The notes under the pieces: generated by a model
The model's database searches: none
Seen by the model: the letters and a program-made list of their open reading frames with translations, nothing else
Told to the model about the DNA's origin: nothing
Origin: a bacterium
GTDB taxonomy: Bacteria > Verrucomicrobiota > Verrucomicrobiia > Chthoniobacterales > UBA6821
Direction: 5' to 3'
Assembly: GCA_037130175.1 (NCBI GenBank)
Contig: JBAXTN010000002.1
Span: 56,455-120,454, forward strand
Length of the DNA stretch: 64,000 nucleotides
Translations under genes and position numbers: made by a program
Shown: positions 1 to 10,824 of the stretch, one piece after another
Layout of the letters: the number at the start of each line of letters is the position of its first letter
Position numbering within the stretch: position 1 is the stretch's first letter

Positions 1-468
1 CAAGGCATGAGTAATCTCGGCTGAAGCGAATCGACCCGGTCGGTAACCTAGATGGATAAAAAGTGCTGGTGGCGCTGCCAGGGAACGCATCCACGCAAGC
101 CATTGTAGGAAGTGACGGGGAGCTACCATCTGCGCAAAAACCAGATCGTTAGGCTGCACTCCCGAAAACCTTTTCAGATCCATTCCAAAACGCCAATCAC
201 TCCATTTTTCCAAAAGCCATAACAGCTGATGATGCCTCGCAACCCATGATGGAGGGTTGGCTCGGTGATCCGTGTGAAAGAGCCGTGAGGTCTTCCAATC
301 ACCAGCCAGGGATGTGTCAAAGTCCCGATGAGTCACCAGTACTGGATCGAACTGCGACATGGAAGCCGCATCTGCAATGGCAAGATTATATCCGAGATGA
401 TGCCCGATGACATCTCGCAACAAGTGATCGCAGAGATAGAGGCGCATTGAACTTCTTCCTGTGATCAC
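1..468 (-). CDS. Probable glycosyltransferase (GT4-like N-terminus), partial; runs off the window start
   Basis: Manual translation: open frame MRLYLCDHLLRDVIGHHLGYNLAIADAA... from ATG 447 (or GTG 468, GTGA overlap with upstream stop) to position 1 with no stop. The D-x(6)-GHH-x-x-Y start is typical of GT-B enzymes. Confidence 0.6.
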   Translation of the reverse strand, partial: MITGRSSMRLYLCDHLLRDVIGHHLGYNLAIADAASMSQFDPVLVTHRDFDTSLAGDWKTSRLFHTDHRANPPSWVARHHQLLWLLEKWSDWRFGMDLKRFSGVQPNDLVFAQMVAPRHFLQWLAWMRSLAAPPALFIHLGYRPGRFASAEITHAL

Positions 469-1610
469 TCTAGAAGATCAAGAAAGCGGGCCACCTCCGG
501 CCAACGCGCTTCCATGCTGTGGCTTGTTCGGAATATCTCCAGCGCTCTGTTGCCCATGATCTGTAACCGATGGGGGTCCGAATAAATCCAGATCAGTTCT
601 TTGGCCATCGCCTCTGCGCTCAACTCCCTCACAATAACCCCGTTGTAATGCTGTTGGATCAGTTCCCATGGACCGTTAATGTCGAAACAAACGGGGACCG
701 TGCCGCAGGCCATGGCCTCTTGTGGCGACATCGGCCCTCCTTCGCCCCACAAAGGACTCTTTCCGATGTTGAGTGCCATAAAAATGGCGCACTGCTGCAT
801 CTGTGAAATGATCGCCGCTTCGTTCCCCTCTAATTGCACAAACTCCAGATTCAATCCGGCCTTTTTTGTCTTCTCTTCAATCTCCCGGACATAGCGGGCA
901 CCATGATCACCCTCGTCAAAATATCCGATGCGTGTCGCGATTCGACGGAGAGGATCAGGTTGCCAGTGCTGTTCGTCGATCAGTTGTCTGAGCACTACAG
1001 AGGAAGTCTCAAAGACACACCTGTGAAAAGCCTGCACCGCCCTGTTGACGCCAGCTGTGCGAATAATGCGTTGGCGAGCGATCAATCCCGCCAAATCAGG
1101 AAAGTGACTTCTCGAAGAAGCTGAAAGCTCCTGATCCCAAAAATAGAAACGCGAACATTCGTTGATGAACGGACGGGCTTTCAGCCAGGAAGTGACGCAT
1201 CTCACCTCCCCGACACCCTTCTTGCGCGCTTTGAACTCATCGAGCGAAAGAAAGGGAGCATGTTCGGCAAGCCATCCTGCGTGCCTGCCATCGAGGCTCA
1301 CCATGAATGCCTCGTATCCTTTCCGGCGCAGCAAGAGCACGAGATTATTAAGTAGTTTCTCTCCACCGCAATAGAGATGGCTTCCCTTTAGTGAATCATC
1401 CGTAGCATAGGAGACATAAATTTCCGGCTTTGGATCTAGGTTGGAGGCTCGCTCAGTAGCCAGGGAAGGATTGCGTATGGCATCTCTTGCCTCCTTCGGG
1501 AAAATGCAACGCAGCAGATCGTTCACAAAATCCTGCCGTAGGCTGAGCGTAAAATTTCGCCATGCCACGCCCAACCGTGCTCGGTCGATGACTGTTTTTT
1601 TGAATTTCAT
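465..1610 (-). CDS. Glycosyltransferase family 4 (GT-B)
   Basis: C-terminal EGGPMSPQEAMACG (E-x7-E) motif, then PVCFD..G..ELI...YNG; GGEK loop near the N-terminus. Confidence 0.8.
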   Translation of the reverse strand: MKFKKTVIDRARLGVAWRNFTLSLRQDFVNDLLRCIFPKEARDAIRNPSLATERASNLDPKPEIYVSYATDDSLKGSHLYCGGEKLLNNLVLLLRRKGYEAFMVSLDGRHAGWLAEHAPFLSLDEFKARKKGVGEVRCVTSWLKARPFINECSRFYFWDQELSASSRSHFPDLAGLIARQRIIRTAGVNRAVQAFHRCVFETSSVVLRQLIDEQHWQPDPLRRIATRIGYFDEGDHGARYVREIEEKTKKAGLNLEFVQLEGNEAAIISQMQQCAIFMALNIGKSPLWGEGGPMSPQEAMACGTVPVCFDINGPWELIQQHYNGVIVRELSAEAMAKELIWIYSDPHRLQIMGNRALEIFRTSHSMEARWPEVARFLDLLE

Positions 1611-1638
1611 GATAATGAGCTGAAAGGTGTGTTAACAC

Positions 1639-2859
1639 TTACTTGCCAAAGAGTCTCTGTAACAGTCCTGAAGATCGCGCAACAGAGGCACTCCTCTTCA
1701 ACTCGGCATCGCGATTCATGGAAAATTCGAGAGCCTCTTCCCCTCGAACCGTCTCCAAGACAGGATCGGTGGACTGCTCCATGATCTCTACGCCCCGCAC
1801 ACTTTGAAGCTTCTCCCATGCAGACAGCATTGATTCCATCGTGATTCCGGTAATGCAATGTGGCTGCTCGTATGGACAGTAGAAATGACACATTTGGCAT
1901 GACATCGACTGAGTCACCGCGAGAGCGGGACCGGATGAAGGAAGAAAGCGCCCCCAATGCCCTCCTCCGTAGGCGGCCAGTACCGGACGCCTGGATGCCG
2001 CTGCCATGTGCATGACTCCCGAATCCCTCCCGAGATATCCGCTGGAGAGTGCAACGAGCGCTTGGGATACTGGAATCGAAGGAGGGGACGCTGCGAGATT
2101 GACGGAATGAATGCCTCCGGATCGGATCCGTTCGATCGACTCCCACTCCTTTGGGTTACCAAGAAAAAGCACGGGGAGATCAGCAGCAGGAAGGACAGAT
2201 TCTAAAAAAATCTTCCAATTCATTTCCCCCCAGTCCTTCATCCTCAAACCGCTGCGCCCTCCCATGCACGCAACCCAGTACTCCCGCTCCTTCAGACCGT
2301 GGGATTCGAGAATTTCTCGTGCCGCATCGAGGGAAGCGGAACTAGGTCTCAGTTCCGGGGTGGTCTTCGGTAGGTCGATACCCAGGATTTTTGAACCAAG
2401 CAGCCTGTTCTTCTCGAGTTCGGGAAGTGAGACCGGTACCTCGACCTTGATTGTGAAGCGCTCGGAGACTTCCTTTGGATCGGCATTTGTCCCTGATGGC
2501 CAGAACACATCTGCCGTAGTGAATCCGGCAATGGGAATCCCTGCATTTTCGCGCTCCATCCACACCTCATCAAAAAAACTCAGGCTAAAGAGACACACGA
2601 CATAAAGATCGGGTTGGAAGCTCCGGATCAACGCATGCTCCTTGCTGAATGGATTCTTTTTTTTCCTAACTGACTCATCGTTGGGATCCGCAGAGATCAC
2701 ATGTATTTCGCATTCTGGGAAAACCTCCGCTGCCAAGCTGGCGGCAGGTTCGCGCAAGAAGAGTTGCAATTCATGCCCCTGATCATGCAATGCACGAAGC
2801 ATCGGGATACGGAGGATAAAATCCCCTAATCCATCAGGACTGCTGATTGTCATTTTCAT
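1639..2859 (-). CDS. Glycosyltransferase family 9 (heptosyltransferase-like)
   Basis: N-terminal DGLGDFIL..P, K-x-W, and GRDSGVMHMAAA motifs; Cys-rich C-terminal segment. Start moved to ATG 2859. Confidence 0.85.
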   Translation of the reverse strand: MKMTISSPDGLGDFILRIPMLRALHDQGHELQLFLREPAASLAAEVFPECEIHVISADPNDESVRKKKNPFSKEHALIRSFQPDLYVVCLFSLSFFDEVWMERENAGIPIAGFTTADVFWPSGTNADPKEVSERFTIKVEVPVSLPELEKNRLLGSKILGIDLPKTTPELRPSSASLDAAREILESHGLKEREYWVACMGGRSGLRMKDWGEMNWKIFLESVLPAADLPVLFLGNPKEWESIERIRSGGIHSVNLAASPPSIPVSQALVALSSGYLGRDSGVMHMAAASRRPVLAAYGGGHWGRFLPSSGPALAVTQSMSCQMCHFYCPYEQPHCITGITMESMLSAWEKLQSVRGVEIMEQSTDPVLETVRGEEALEFSMNRDAELKRSASVARSSGLLQRLFGK

Positions 2860-2872
2860 AAGGGAACTATTC

Positions 2873-4825
2873 CTACGGTGCCATCGTGGCATCCAGATAA
2901 TTGATGTGATTCCTCACATAATCAGGTCTTAAATGGCACCCGTCGTAACGAATGGGACCATCAGCGGCCTCCTCTCTGATGCAATCGCCATTGATGGAAA
3001 GATACTGGGAAGGATCAATCACCTTTGCTCCGTTGGATAGGGCAACCTTTGTGATCTCGCCTGTTAACTCCTGCACCCGGTTCCGAAACTGCTCTAAGGG
3101 AAGATCCTTGGATGAGTGAATATATCCTCCAAAAAAACTTCTCTTGTAAAAAGATCGGGGATCCAGTTCGGGTCCGTTTGGTACAGGAAGTAAAACGGTC
3201 ACTTTTTTCCCAGATGAGACAAATCCCCTGATCAAACTACCCAACTCATTTAATGCTGCCATCCTCCCCTGCATACTGCTAAGAGGAATTCCTCGATATG
3301 AGTATTTAGAGTCATTCGCAAAGTATCCATTCCAGAGAGCCGCAATCACGACCCTATCAACACTTTTGTCAGTATGAGTAATTTTTGCGAGTTTGGAGAG
3401 ATATTCGTCGCACTCGCTTATTGTGCCGCATGAAATGCCCGGAATCGGTGGAACACCTCCACAGGTCATGAAAAGAGCACCCCGGGAGGAATGAACCCCT
3501 TGGGCTTTAATTAATGCAAGAATGCGGGGAGCATACTGTTGCATATTGCTATCCCCGATATAGAGAGTTCTGGGAGCATCCGCTCCGGCCTTGTTCAAGA
3601 TGGCGTTTCCATGCCGCCACACAGTCTCCAAACCATCCCACCAGAACTTATTCTTGGCATCCAACGATTGTATCACCTTTTCCATTTCAGGACTCAGCGG
3701 CCTCTGGATCACACCCTTCCAGACACACAAACCCACAACACCTGTTATAATAAATGAGATCACGAGAAACGGGAGTACCCATTGTGATTTCGAAAACCTC
3801 ATCGGTCTTTCAACTAAGAAATATGTCACCACGGACAAACCTAGCGAAAAGAACAATGCTCCCACCAAGAGTACATCACTTGGCCGCTCCCCCTCGACAA
3901 TATGGAGAAAGGACAAGGCCGGCCAATGAAAGAGATAAAGAGGATAGCTGATCAGCCCGATCCAGACGATGGCCCGTTGAGAGAGTATAGCCCTGTTTAC
4001 CCAGGCTCCCTGTCCCCCTTCAATGACAAGCAGAGACCCCGTAACGGGCAGTAACGCCCTCCAGCCCGGATAGTGATCTGCTCTCTGGATTTGAGTCATG
4101 GCACACAACAGCAAACCCGTACCACCAACCGAGAGCAGATTGCGGAAGAATGGCACATCTTCTTCGTGTCCTTTGTCAAAGTGCCACCAGGCAAGAAGAC
4201 TTCCTCCGAGAAATTCCCATGCACGGTATGGCGTCAGGAAAAAATCACTCGATTGATTCTGATACGCCATGATGAAATTGCCGACAAGGGAGGCAATCAG
4301 GAGCACGCCCATGATGGGTGCTAGAGGCCACTTACACTTCCAGGCAAGTAAAAGAAGGGGTGGAAAGAAGATATAGAACTGTTCCTCCACCGCCAAAGAC
4401 CAGAGGTGGAGAAGCGGCTTAAGCATCGCCAGCGTGTCAAAGTATCCGCTCTCCTGCCAGAAAACGATATTCTGGACGAAGAGCGTGCCTGCGGCCACAT
4501 GCTTGCCAAGTTGAACAAACTCATCCGGCAACAAGATCAACCATCCGTATGCCATGGTGAGCAAGAGAACAGTGATCAGCGCAGGGAAGAGTCGTCTGAT
4601 ACGCCGGGCGTAAAACTCCTTGAAACTGAAGTTTCCAGCCCTGTGTCCTTTGTAGAGAATCCCACTGATCAGATAGCCTGAGATCACAAAGAATATATCC
4701 ACCCCGATAAAACCTCCCGGCAATAGATGCGGAAAGGCATGGTAAAATATCACTCCCAAAACCGCGACAGCACGCAGGCCATCTATATCGGGTCGATATT
4801 TTAGGTGAACCACAGGTTGGCACAT
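2873..4825 (-). CDS. oafA: OafA/OatA-type O-acetyltransferase (acyltransferase_3 plus SGNH domain)
   Basis: [40 protein letters not shown]; SGNH GDSN and C-terminal DGCH. Start likely ATG 4825. Confidence 0.9.
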   Translation of the reverse strand: MCQPVVHLKYRPDIDGLRAVAVLGVIFYHAFPHLLPGGFIGVDIFFVISGYLISGILYKGHRAGNFSFKEFYARRIRRLFPALITVLLLTMAYGWLILLPDEFVQLGKHVAAGTLFVQNIVFWQESGYFDTLAMLKPLLHLWSLAVEEQFYIFFPPLLLLAWKCKWPLAPIMGVLLIASLVGNFIMAYQNQSSDFFLTPYRAWEFLGGSLLAWWHFDKGHEEDVPFFRNLLSVGGTGLLLCAMTQIQRADHYPGWRALLPVTGSLLVIEGGQGAWVNRAILSQRAIVWIGLISYPLYLFHWPALSFLHIVEGERPSDVLLVGALFFSLGLSVVTYFLVERPMRFSKSQWVLPFLVISFIITGVVGLCVWKGVIQRPLSPEMEKVIQSLDAKNKFWWDGLETVWRHGNAILNKAGADAPRTLYIGDSNMQQYAPRILALIKAQGVHSSRGALFMTCGGVPPIPGISCGTISECDEYLSKLAKITHTDKSVDRVVIAALWNGYFANDSKYSYRGIPLSSMQGRMAALNELGSLIRGFVSSGKKVTVLLPVPNGPELDPRSFYKRSFFGGYIHSSKDLPLEQFRNRVQELTGEITKVALSNGAKVIDPSQYLSINGDCIREEAADGPIRYDGCHLRPDYVRNHINYLDATMAP

Positions 4826-4888
4826 TAGAGACTCTCTGAAAACTGGGGAATGACGCGCATGAGCAAGGAGGGAGGGATGGTAAGGCAC

Positions 4889-6496
4889 CTACGAGGGAGA
4901 ATCCCCGCAGCGGGCTTTGACCGAGGAGGGAACGCAGCCAGACAACTTCCCTTGCTCGTGCCCGAAGGGTCGGGATTTCTTTAAGTCATTCACCACGCGA
5001 CTGATGCAATACACTCCCCAGCAAATAAAGATCGTGAACAAGGGATCAAAGGGATAGCGAAAATCCTTGAGCAAAATCCCGAACCAGGTGACAAGCAGAC
5101 TCGGTAGGGCAGCCAATAGGATAAGGGGGATTCGTAGATCAGTGGATCGGTTGAAGCACGCACAGACGCTTCCTATGATGCCGATCAGAAGCGTGATCCA
5201 TGTCGGTGAAAACAGATTGCTGGCAGCAATCCATCGTTCAAGATTGGGTGAAGGAGCCACCCTCCGCGCATAATCCCAATGCACTGAATCCACAGGAACC
5301 GCTCCCTCCTGTTCCTGCAGCCACCCATTTCCTGGAATCAAGTCTCCCTTGTCGGGAATGGGAATCCCCTTCTCCTTGTACAACTTGTATCGTTGCGTTC
5401 TAAAATCATTAAATTCTTCGAAACTATGCGTCATGTTGCTCAACACAAATGGATGATGACCTTCGGGTATCGAAATAAACCCAAGCACTCCATCAACATA
5501 CCCCAACCAACCTTCGATAGGGTTAGCACGGATCGCCTCCCAACCGGCATCCTTTAACAATTTGAAGTCATGATCCCAACCTCGTTCAGCATAAGCCTTG
5601 CGAACCAGCATGTTAAACATCCGCTGCGTCGAATGATGAAAGAAAATATTTTCATCGATACCGTATTGAAGGCACATACTTTCCGAGAGAATATACTTTT
5701 TAACCAAAGCCGCCAGTTCCGCGCTACGGGGACCATTTTCCGGAGCAATCAGACGCTGCTGTAGAAACAGTCTGTAAAATGGGATATGAGCTCCACCCAT
5801 CCCTGCTATGCAGAAATGTCCGTACCTTAGATAATTGGAAGAGGCGTGAAGTAGGGAAAATGCCATCGCGACCACAAGCCCCGTAACAGCACAGCGTATA
5901 AACTCCTTGTTTTTTACAGTTTTTGAAAATGCTGGCCCGATCCACATTCCCAGTAACGGGAGGATGCACATGGGAATAAGCAATTGGTTTGCGGGGCGAT
6001 TCATCACCAACAAATAAGTCACTATTCCCAACGCGCAACCTAGTCTCCACCCTCCGCGCTCCATCGAGTTGAATGTGACCCAGAACCATATCGCAAGCAA
6101 AACGGATTGAAGCGTTTCGGATCCCACTGAGTTATAACGCTCAAAAAAACGGAGATTGATAAAGAGAAGCAGCACTCCCATGAGACCGACCCAAATCCGG
6201 TAAGTGGTGAGCAGATCATATACGACCAGCACGATGATTACATAACCGGCACAGGCGGCAACCATGGCTCCCTTAATTCCTCCCAAGCCAAAGGCAAGAC
6301 CATAGAATAGAGGTGTGGCAGGAGTCCTGAACAACATGAGCAACGAATATTGGGGATCCGTCCTGAAGATATCCCGAAAGTATGCCCAATAAGTCCATGA
6401 GTCCCTTCCCTCAGCCATCGGAAAGAAGCAGTTCAAGAACAAGTACCATAGAACTGCAATCACACTGATCACGAACAACAGATTTCCCCTTCTCAT
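4889..6496 (-). CDS. Polytopic membrane protein, probable GT-C (ArnT/PMT-like) glycosyltransferase
   Basis: Many TM segments; first-loop DSWTY, RTP..P, SETL, RP and C-terminal RY..P pattern. Confidence 0.6.
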   Translation of the reverse strand: MRRGNLLFVISVIAVLWYLFLNCFFPMAEGRDSWTYWAYFRDIFRTDPQYSLLMLFRTPATPLFYGLAFGLGGIKGAMVAACAGYVIIVLVVYDLLTTYRIWVGLMGVLLLFINLRFFERYNSVGSETLQSVLLAIWFWVTFNSMERGGWRLGCALGIVTYLLVMNRPANQLLIPMCILPLLGMWIGPAFSKTVKNKEFIRCAVTGLVVAMAFSLLHASSNYLRYGHFCIAGMGGAHIPFYRLFLQQRLIAPENGPRSAELAALVKKYILSESMCLQYGIDENIFFHHSTQRMFNMLVRKAYAERGWDHDFKLLKDAGWEAIRANPIEGWLGYVDGVLGFISIPEGHHPFVLSNMTHSFEEFNDFRTQRYKLYKEKGIPIPDKGDLIPGNGWLQEQEGAVPVDSVHWDYARRVAPSPNLERWIAASNLFSPTWITLLIGIIGSVCACFNRSTDLRIPLILLAALPSLLVTWFGILLKDFRYPFDPLFTIFICWGVYCISRVVNDLKKSRPFGHEQGKLSGCVPSSVKARCGDSPS

Positions 6497-6634
6497 GAGA
6501 TAATGAATCCAAGTTTATTCTTATGAGGCATCATTCCGTTGCAAATAAATAATCTCCCTACAGGAAGTAGGGCATTGATTGAGGTTGGAGGTCTTTGATG
6601 CAAACGCCTAAAAGAGAGCGCTTCTTTTGAAAAA

Positions 6635-7303
6635 CTAAATATCTCCATCCGTGCGGATCGGTTTGAATCCAAATGCCCAGGCAAGGAGACTACCTCCTAG
6701 AAACCCCCAGGCTCGGTAGGGAGTCAGGAAAAAATCTGATGCCCCATTCTGATAGGACATCACTAAGTTTCCTATCAAGGAGGCAAGCAAAAGCACCAGC
6801 ACCGAAGGCACCAGCAACTTCGGTTTCTTCTAAATCAATAACAGAAGAAGAGGGGGAAAAATGTGGAATTGCTCCTCGACTGCCAGGGACCAAAGATGAA
6901 GAAGAGGTTTCAGAGCTGCCGATGTATCGAAGTAGCCGATCTCCTGCCAGAAAATGATGTTCTGAATAAAGATCGTCCCCGCAGCAACATGTTTGCAAAG
7001 TTGTGCATAATCATCGGGGAGTAATACTAACCATCAATACACAAGACAGAGCACTAAAACGGTGATCAGTGAGGGAAAGAGCCTCCGAATACGACGGACA
7101 TAGAACTCTGAAAAGCTGAATCCTGCATGATGATGTCCCTTATAGAGAATCCCGCTGATCAGATAGCCCGAGATTACAAAAAAGATGCCAACACCGATAA
7201 AGCCCCTTGGCAGTATTTTAGTGTAGGCATGAAAGATAACCACACCCAGCACAGCTACCGCCCTTAAGCCATCTATATCAGGGCGATATTTGAGATTAGA
7301 CAT
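6635..7303 (-). pseudogene. oafA: Degenerate second oafA-type acyltransferase
   Basis: Single frame collinear with the N-terminal about 210 aa of 2873..4825. In-frame TGA at 7034-7036 (Gly in the paralog) and TAG at 6830-6832 (Trp in the paralog); similarity breaks after GGSLLAW. Confidence 0.9.
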
Positions 7304-7391
7304 CGGTTAAATCTTAACAAGAGCCTCTGCTGTAAAACTGCAACTAGAACCAGATGTCATCGATCTCTTCTGAGGGAGCATACGAAAATAA

Positions 7392-8591
7392 TCACCTCAA
7401 ACGATCATCTCTAGTAGGTAGCGATATAAATCCAATCACTAGAGAAGTAAAAAAAGTAAGACTCCCAATAAGACACATCACTGATCCGACAGATACTAGA
7501 CGAATTAAGAAATTAGGGTTCATCGGACCAAAATCAGCAGATTCCCACACATAGAAAGCCTTTCCCACCATAAGCAAACCACTCAATACAAAAAACAAGC
7601 TAACAACGCCTCCCACCTCAACGACAGGTTTTTTTCTAATCTCCTGCAAAATTGGTTTTTCAGGGAGAAGTCCTTCATGCATTCCAATGAAACGCACAAT
7701 GACTCCAAAGCATACAGCCATGCATCCGACAACAATCCCAATGATGGATAGGAGAAGTGTATGTATATCGAAAACAAAACGTCCAATACGAAGCGGGCCC
7801 ATCAGGAGCACCATATAAATAATTAGACTAAATACGGATAAAAACATCCCAGGAACAATAAAAAGCCATTTTGGTCGGAACAAAAACATAAAGCGCAAAT
7901 GACGCCATCCGTCACGCCAAGGGCGTAAGTGAGGCGGTCTAGATCGACCATCTTTGTGGAGGATGGTTGGGACCTCTGAGATGCGCATTTTATACAAAGT
8001 GGCTTTGATCACCATTTCAGAGGCAAATTCCATTCCAGTCGTTCTAAGATCCATTCGTTCAAATGCATCTTTTCTGACACCCCTTAACCCGAAGTGAAAA
8101 TCACCCACTGTTGATCTAAAAAGACATCGCCCTATTGCAGTCAGAATGGGATTGCCGATAAAGCGATTTTTCCAAGGCATTGCCCCTGGTTTAATACCAC
8201 CTAAAAATCGGTTTCCCATCACCAGATCATATCCCTCACTGAGTTTAGATAAAAATGGCTCAAGCTCCGAGAAGTCGTAACTATCATCAGAGTCCCCCAT
8301 AATAATGTAGATTCCATGAGCTTCGCTACAGGCAGTATAGAGTGCCGAACCATATCCCCGCATTGGGACATTGATTACTCGTGCTCCATATCTTACCGCA
8401 ATTTCTTGTGAGCCGTCAGTGGATCCATTATCTCCAACAATAATTTCACCATTAATTTTAAGTTTACTTAAACTATGGTGAGCCTTGACAAGACAGCGCT
8501 CAAGTGTCTCCGCCTCATTTAAGCAAGGCATGATAATACTCAGAACTAATTGCGAACGATTTATTAAATCATACCCCGATTCTGAATTCAT
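7392..8591 (-). CDS. GT2 polyprenol-phosphate glycosyltransferase (DPM1/GtrB-like) with C-terminal TM helices
   Basis: MPCLNE, DNGSTDGS, RGYG.A, GDSDDSYD, GNRF, MEFASEM, LRPWRDGWRHL; about 4 C-terminal TMs. Confidence 0.85.
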   Translation of the reverse strand: MNSESGYDLINRSQLVLSIIMPCLNEAETLERCLVKAHHSLSKLKINGEIIVGDNGSTDGSQEIAVRYGARVINVPMRGYGSALYTACSEAHGIYIIMGDSDDSYDFSELEPFLSKLSEGYDLVMGNRFLGGIKPGAMPWKNRFIGNPILTAIGRCLFRSTVGDFHFGLRGVRKDAFERMDLRTTGMEFASEMVIKATLYKMRISEVPTILHKDGRSRPPHLRPWRDGWRHLRFMFLFRPKWLFIVPGMFLSVFSLIIYMVLLMGPLRIGRFVFDIHTLLLSIIGIVVGCMAVCFGVIVRFIGMHEGLLPEKPILQEIRKKPVVEVGGVVSLFFVLSGLLMVGKAFYVWESADFGPMNPNFLIRLVSVGSVMCLIGSLTFFTSLVIGFISLPTRDDRLR

Positions 8592-10351
8592 ATAAGATTA
8601 TTATTAATATTCAAATATTTTTTGTTTATTAATAATGCGAAAGGAGAAACGCATATTGCCATTAGAATAAGTCCATAGCAGCCACTGAGGTAATCAGTAC
8701 CCATCGCATGGAAAGAAGAAACTTCGATTAATGATATAATTGCGACTAACACACAACAAGACAGAAGGAGTGATATATATAATGCAATTATATCCATTCC
8801 ATTAATTGATCTTATTTTTTTAATAAAAAATGTTAATATTACAATCAAAAAACTTATTTTTAGCAGTGCTGGAACTGTTATCAGATAAACTGTAGAAATT
8901 TTGGCTAGAATATTAATTTTCATCTTATCTAACTTATTACTTGCTAAAATTGTTTTATTTATCCGGTCAAGTGTTGGATTTAACTTGCAGTTTGTTATAT
9001 CAGCAAAAGAAATAAGTGACTCTTGTGTCCCAATACTAGGTTTTAGTTCCTGTGCATTTATCCCTTTAAAATTAAACAGGAACTGCATTACATTTATTAG
9101 TGTACTTAGAAATGGTTGAATATACTCTTTATTGAATTGTGGTGTGAAAGTAGATCTTCTAGGTCCTGCTGCTAGAAGCCCGCGATCACAAGCACTATTA
9201 ATTTCGTCACTTACTTGCTGATAAAAATCCATTGCTTCTCGAGCATTTCTAGCATGGCCAGATTCTCGCACCGCGTCGCGCAATGCCCACATGAACCACC
9301 CCCCGACGATTTCACCCTGCGCGCTTTGCGGAAGTCTTTCCTGCCCATTATTCGCCCATCCCTTTCCAATATCACCTTCAAGAAATGGTTCTAATTGTTT
9401 AAATGATGGGCTAATCCCATAGATTTTAAGCCTAGTGCTTCGCGAACATGGAATAAGCGGATACCAGATTTCTGGTTTTACACGAGTGATTGCTCCATAG
9501 GCATTTTTGAAAGAAGCACTACGAAATTCACAAGTGCTAAACAGGCCATACCATTCAAGATTTTTGTAACTTATTTTTAAAATTGGAATAACTGCTATGA
9601 CAAATGGAATAATAATGCTAAACAAAACTATAAATCTAAAATTTGGGAGATGAATATTTTTAAGAAGCCCCCAAGAGATAAGTATGAAGAATAATGGCGT
9701 AAGCCACACCGTATCTTCTCGTGTTAAATAAAATGCAGCTGTTGATAACCCCAATGTAATTCCCCAAATAATACGCGTTTTTACTGATGTATTTTCAACT
9801 AGATTTAAAGCTATTAATGATGCGGCAATCATCAAACATAATGAAGGATTAAGATTTTGTCTCAGTACCCTCATATTACTTGCTGTATCATATGTTATTG
9901 GATTATAAATAAGTATGATATAAATGACAAGCAGCCACACTTCTGATCCGACTATTTTTTTCAGCGACAGTATAGTGATTGTACACGCTATAATATAAAG
10001 AATATGTTGTGCCGTAAATAATGGAATCCCCAAATAATAACTTCCTGCTATAAACAAGGGATACATCGGACCTTTCATAAGAGTCCCTTGGGAGTAATCT
10101 CCTAGCCATCTACCTTTTAATATGGCAGTTGCATGACTTATAAATAATTGATCATCATAATACTCAAATCCTCTTGCCTCAATACCATTGCAATTTACAA
10201 GCCATAATTTAAATAATATCGCAATTGCGGCAATAGCTAACAAAACATATCTATAGTTTACCTTTAATAATTGAAGTAATATCCCAATAAAATTATTATG
10301 TGATTGAACTATATTTTCTGCGATCTTCTTGAGTACAAATGATTCATTCAT
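8588..10351 (-). CDS. Polytopic membrane protein, probable GT-C glycosyltransferase
   Basis: YDDQLF acidic first loop, KGPMYP, LTRED, large periplasmic loop; AT-rich; ATGA-coupled to the GT2. Confidence 0.6.
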   Translation of the reverse strand: MNESFVLKKIAENIVQSHNNFIGILLQLLKVNYRYVLLAIAAIAILFKLWLVNCNGIEARGFEYYDDQLFISHATAILKGRWLGDYSQGTLMKGPMYPLFIAGSYYLGIPLFTAQHILYIIACTITILSLKKIVGSEVWLLVIYIILIYNPITYDTASNMRVLRQNLNPSLCLMIAASLIALNLVENTSVKTRIIWGITLGLSTAAFYLTREDTVWLTPLFFILISWGLLKNIHLPNFRFIVLFSIIIPFVIAVIPILKISYKNLEWYGLFSTCEFRSASFKNAYGAITRVKPEIWYPLIPCSRSTRLKIYGISPSFKQLEPFLEGDIGKGWANNGQERLPQSAQGEIVGGWFMWALRDAVRESGHARNAREAMDFYQQVSDEINSACDRGLLAAGPRRSTFTPQFNKEYIQPFLSTLINVMQFLFNFKGINAQELKPSIGTQESLISFADITNCKLNPTLDRINKTILASNKLDKMKINILAKISTVYLITVPALLKISFLIVILTFFIKKIRSINGMDIIALYISLLLSCCVLVAIISLIEVSSFHAMGTDYLSGCYGLILMAICVSPFALLINKKYLNINNNLI

Positions 10352-10821
10352 AATTTTCTACTAATATTAATATGATTAAATTTAAAATGCATGCTAACAT
10401 ATTTAATAGCAGTATTGTTTAATCGATTATTATACTCTCTAACAAGAAACAAGCTCGCTTCCGCTCTCTTCTCCACTTCCTCACAAGATGGATTTATTAA
10501 GCTGTGATTCAACTGATCAAGCTGATTTTTTGCAGCCAGCAGCAAAGCTATACCATCATTTGAAATTGGGTCGACTGCCCCAAGATGCGACAATGACTCG
10601 ATCCTCGCCAATTCACTACCAACTTCTGTCAATGGATTGTTGCCGCAGGATTTCTCTAAGTTGTGAAGATTTATCCTCAGCGCAAAGTCCAGTTGCAGGG
10701 CTTCTGTGACAATCTGTCGGCGCAAACGGACAATTTGATTATATTGTCCTGCCAGAAAAGCACAACATGCAAGTCCTGCAATGCCAATCGAGACACAAAA
10801 TAGAGTTGTCGTTAGAATCAT
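10348..10821 (-). CDS. LemA-like membrane-anchored protein (divergent)
   Basis: N-terminal TM then YNQIVRLR; C-terminal VREYNNRL...VSMHFKF resembles LemA family ends. Confidence 0.5.
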   Translation of the reverse strand: MILTTTLFCVSIGIAGLACCAFLAGQYNQIVRLRRQIVTEALQLDFALRINLHNLEKSCGNNPLTEVGSELARIESLSHLGAVDPISNDGIALLLAAKNQLDQLNHSLINPSCEEVEKRAEASLFLVREYNNRLNNTAIKYVSMHFKFNHINISRKL

Positions 10822-10824
10822 TAT

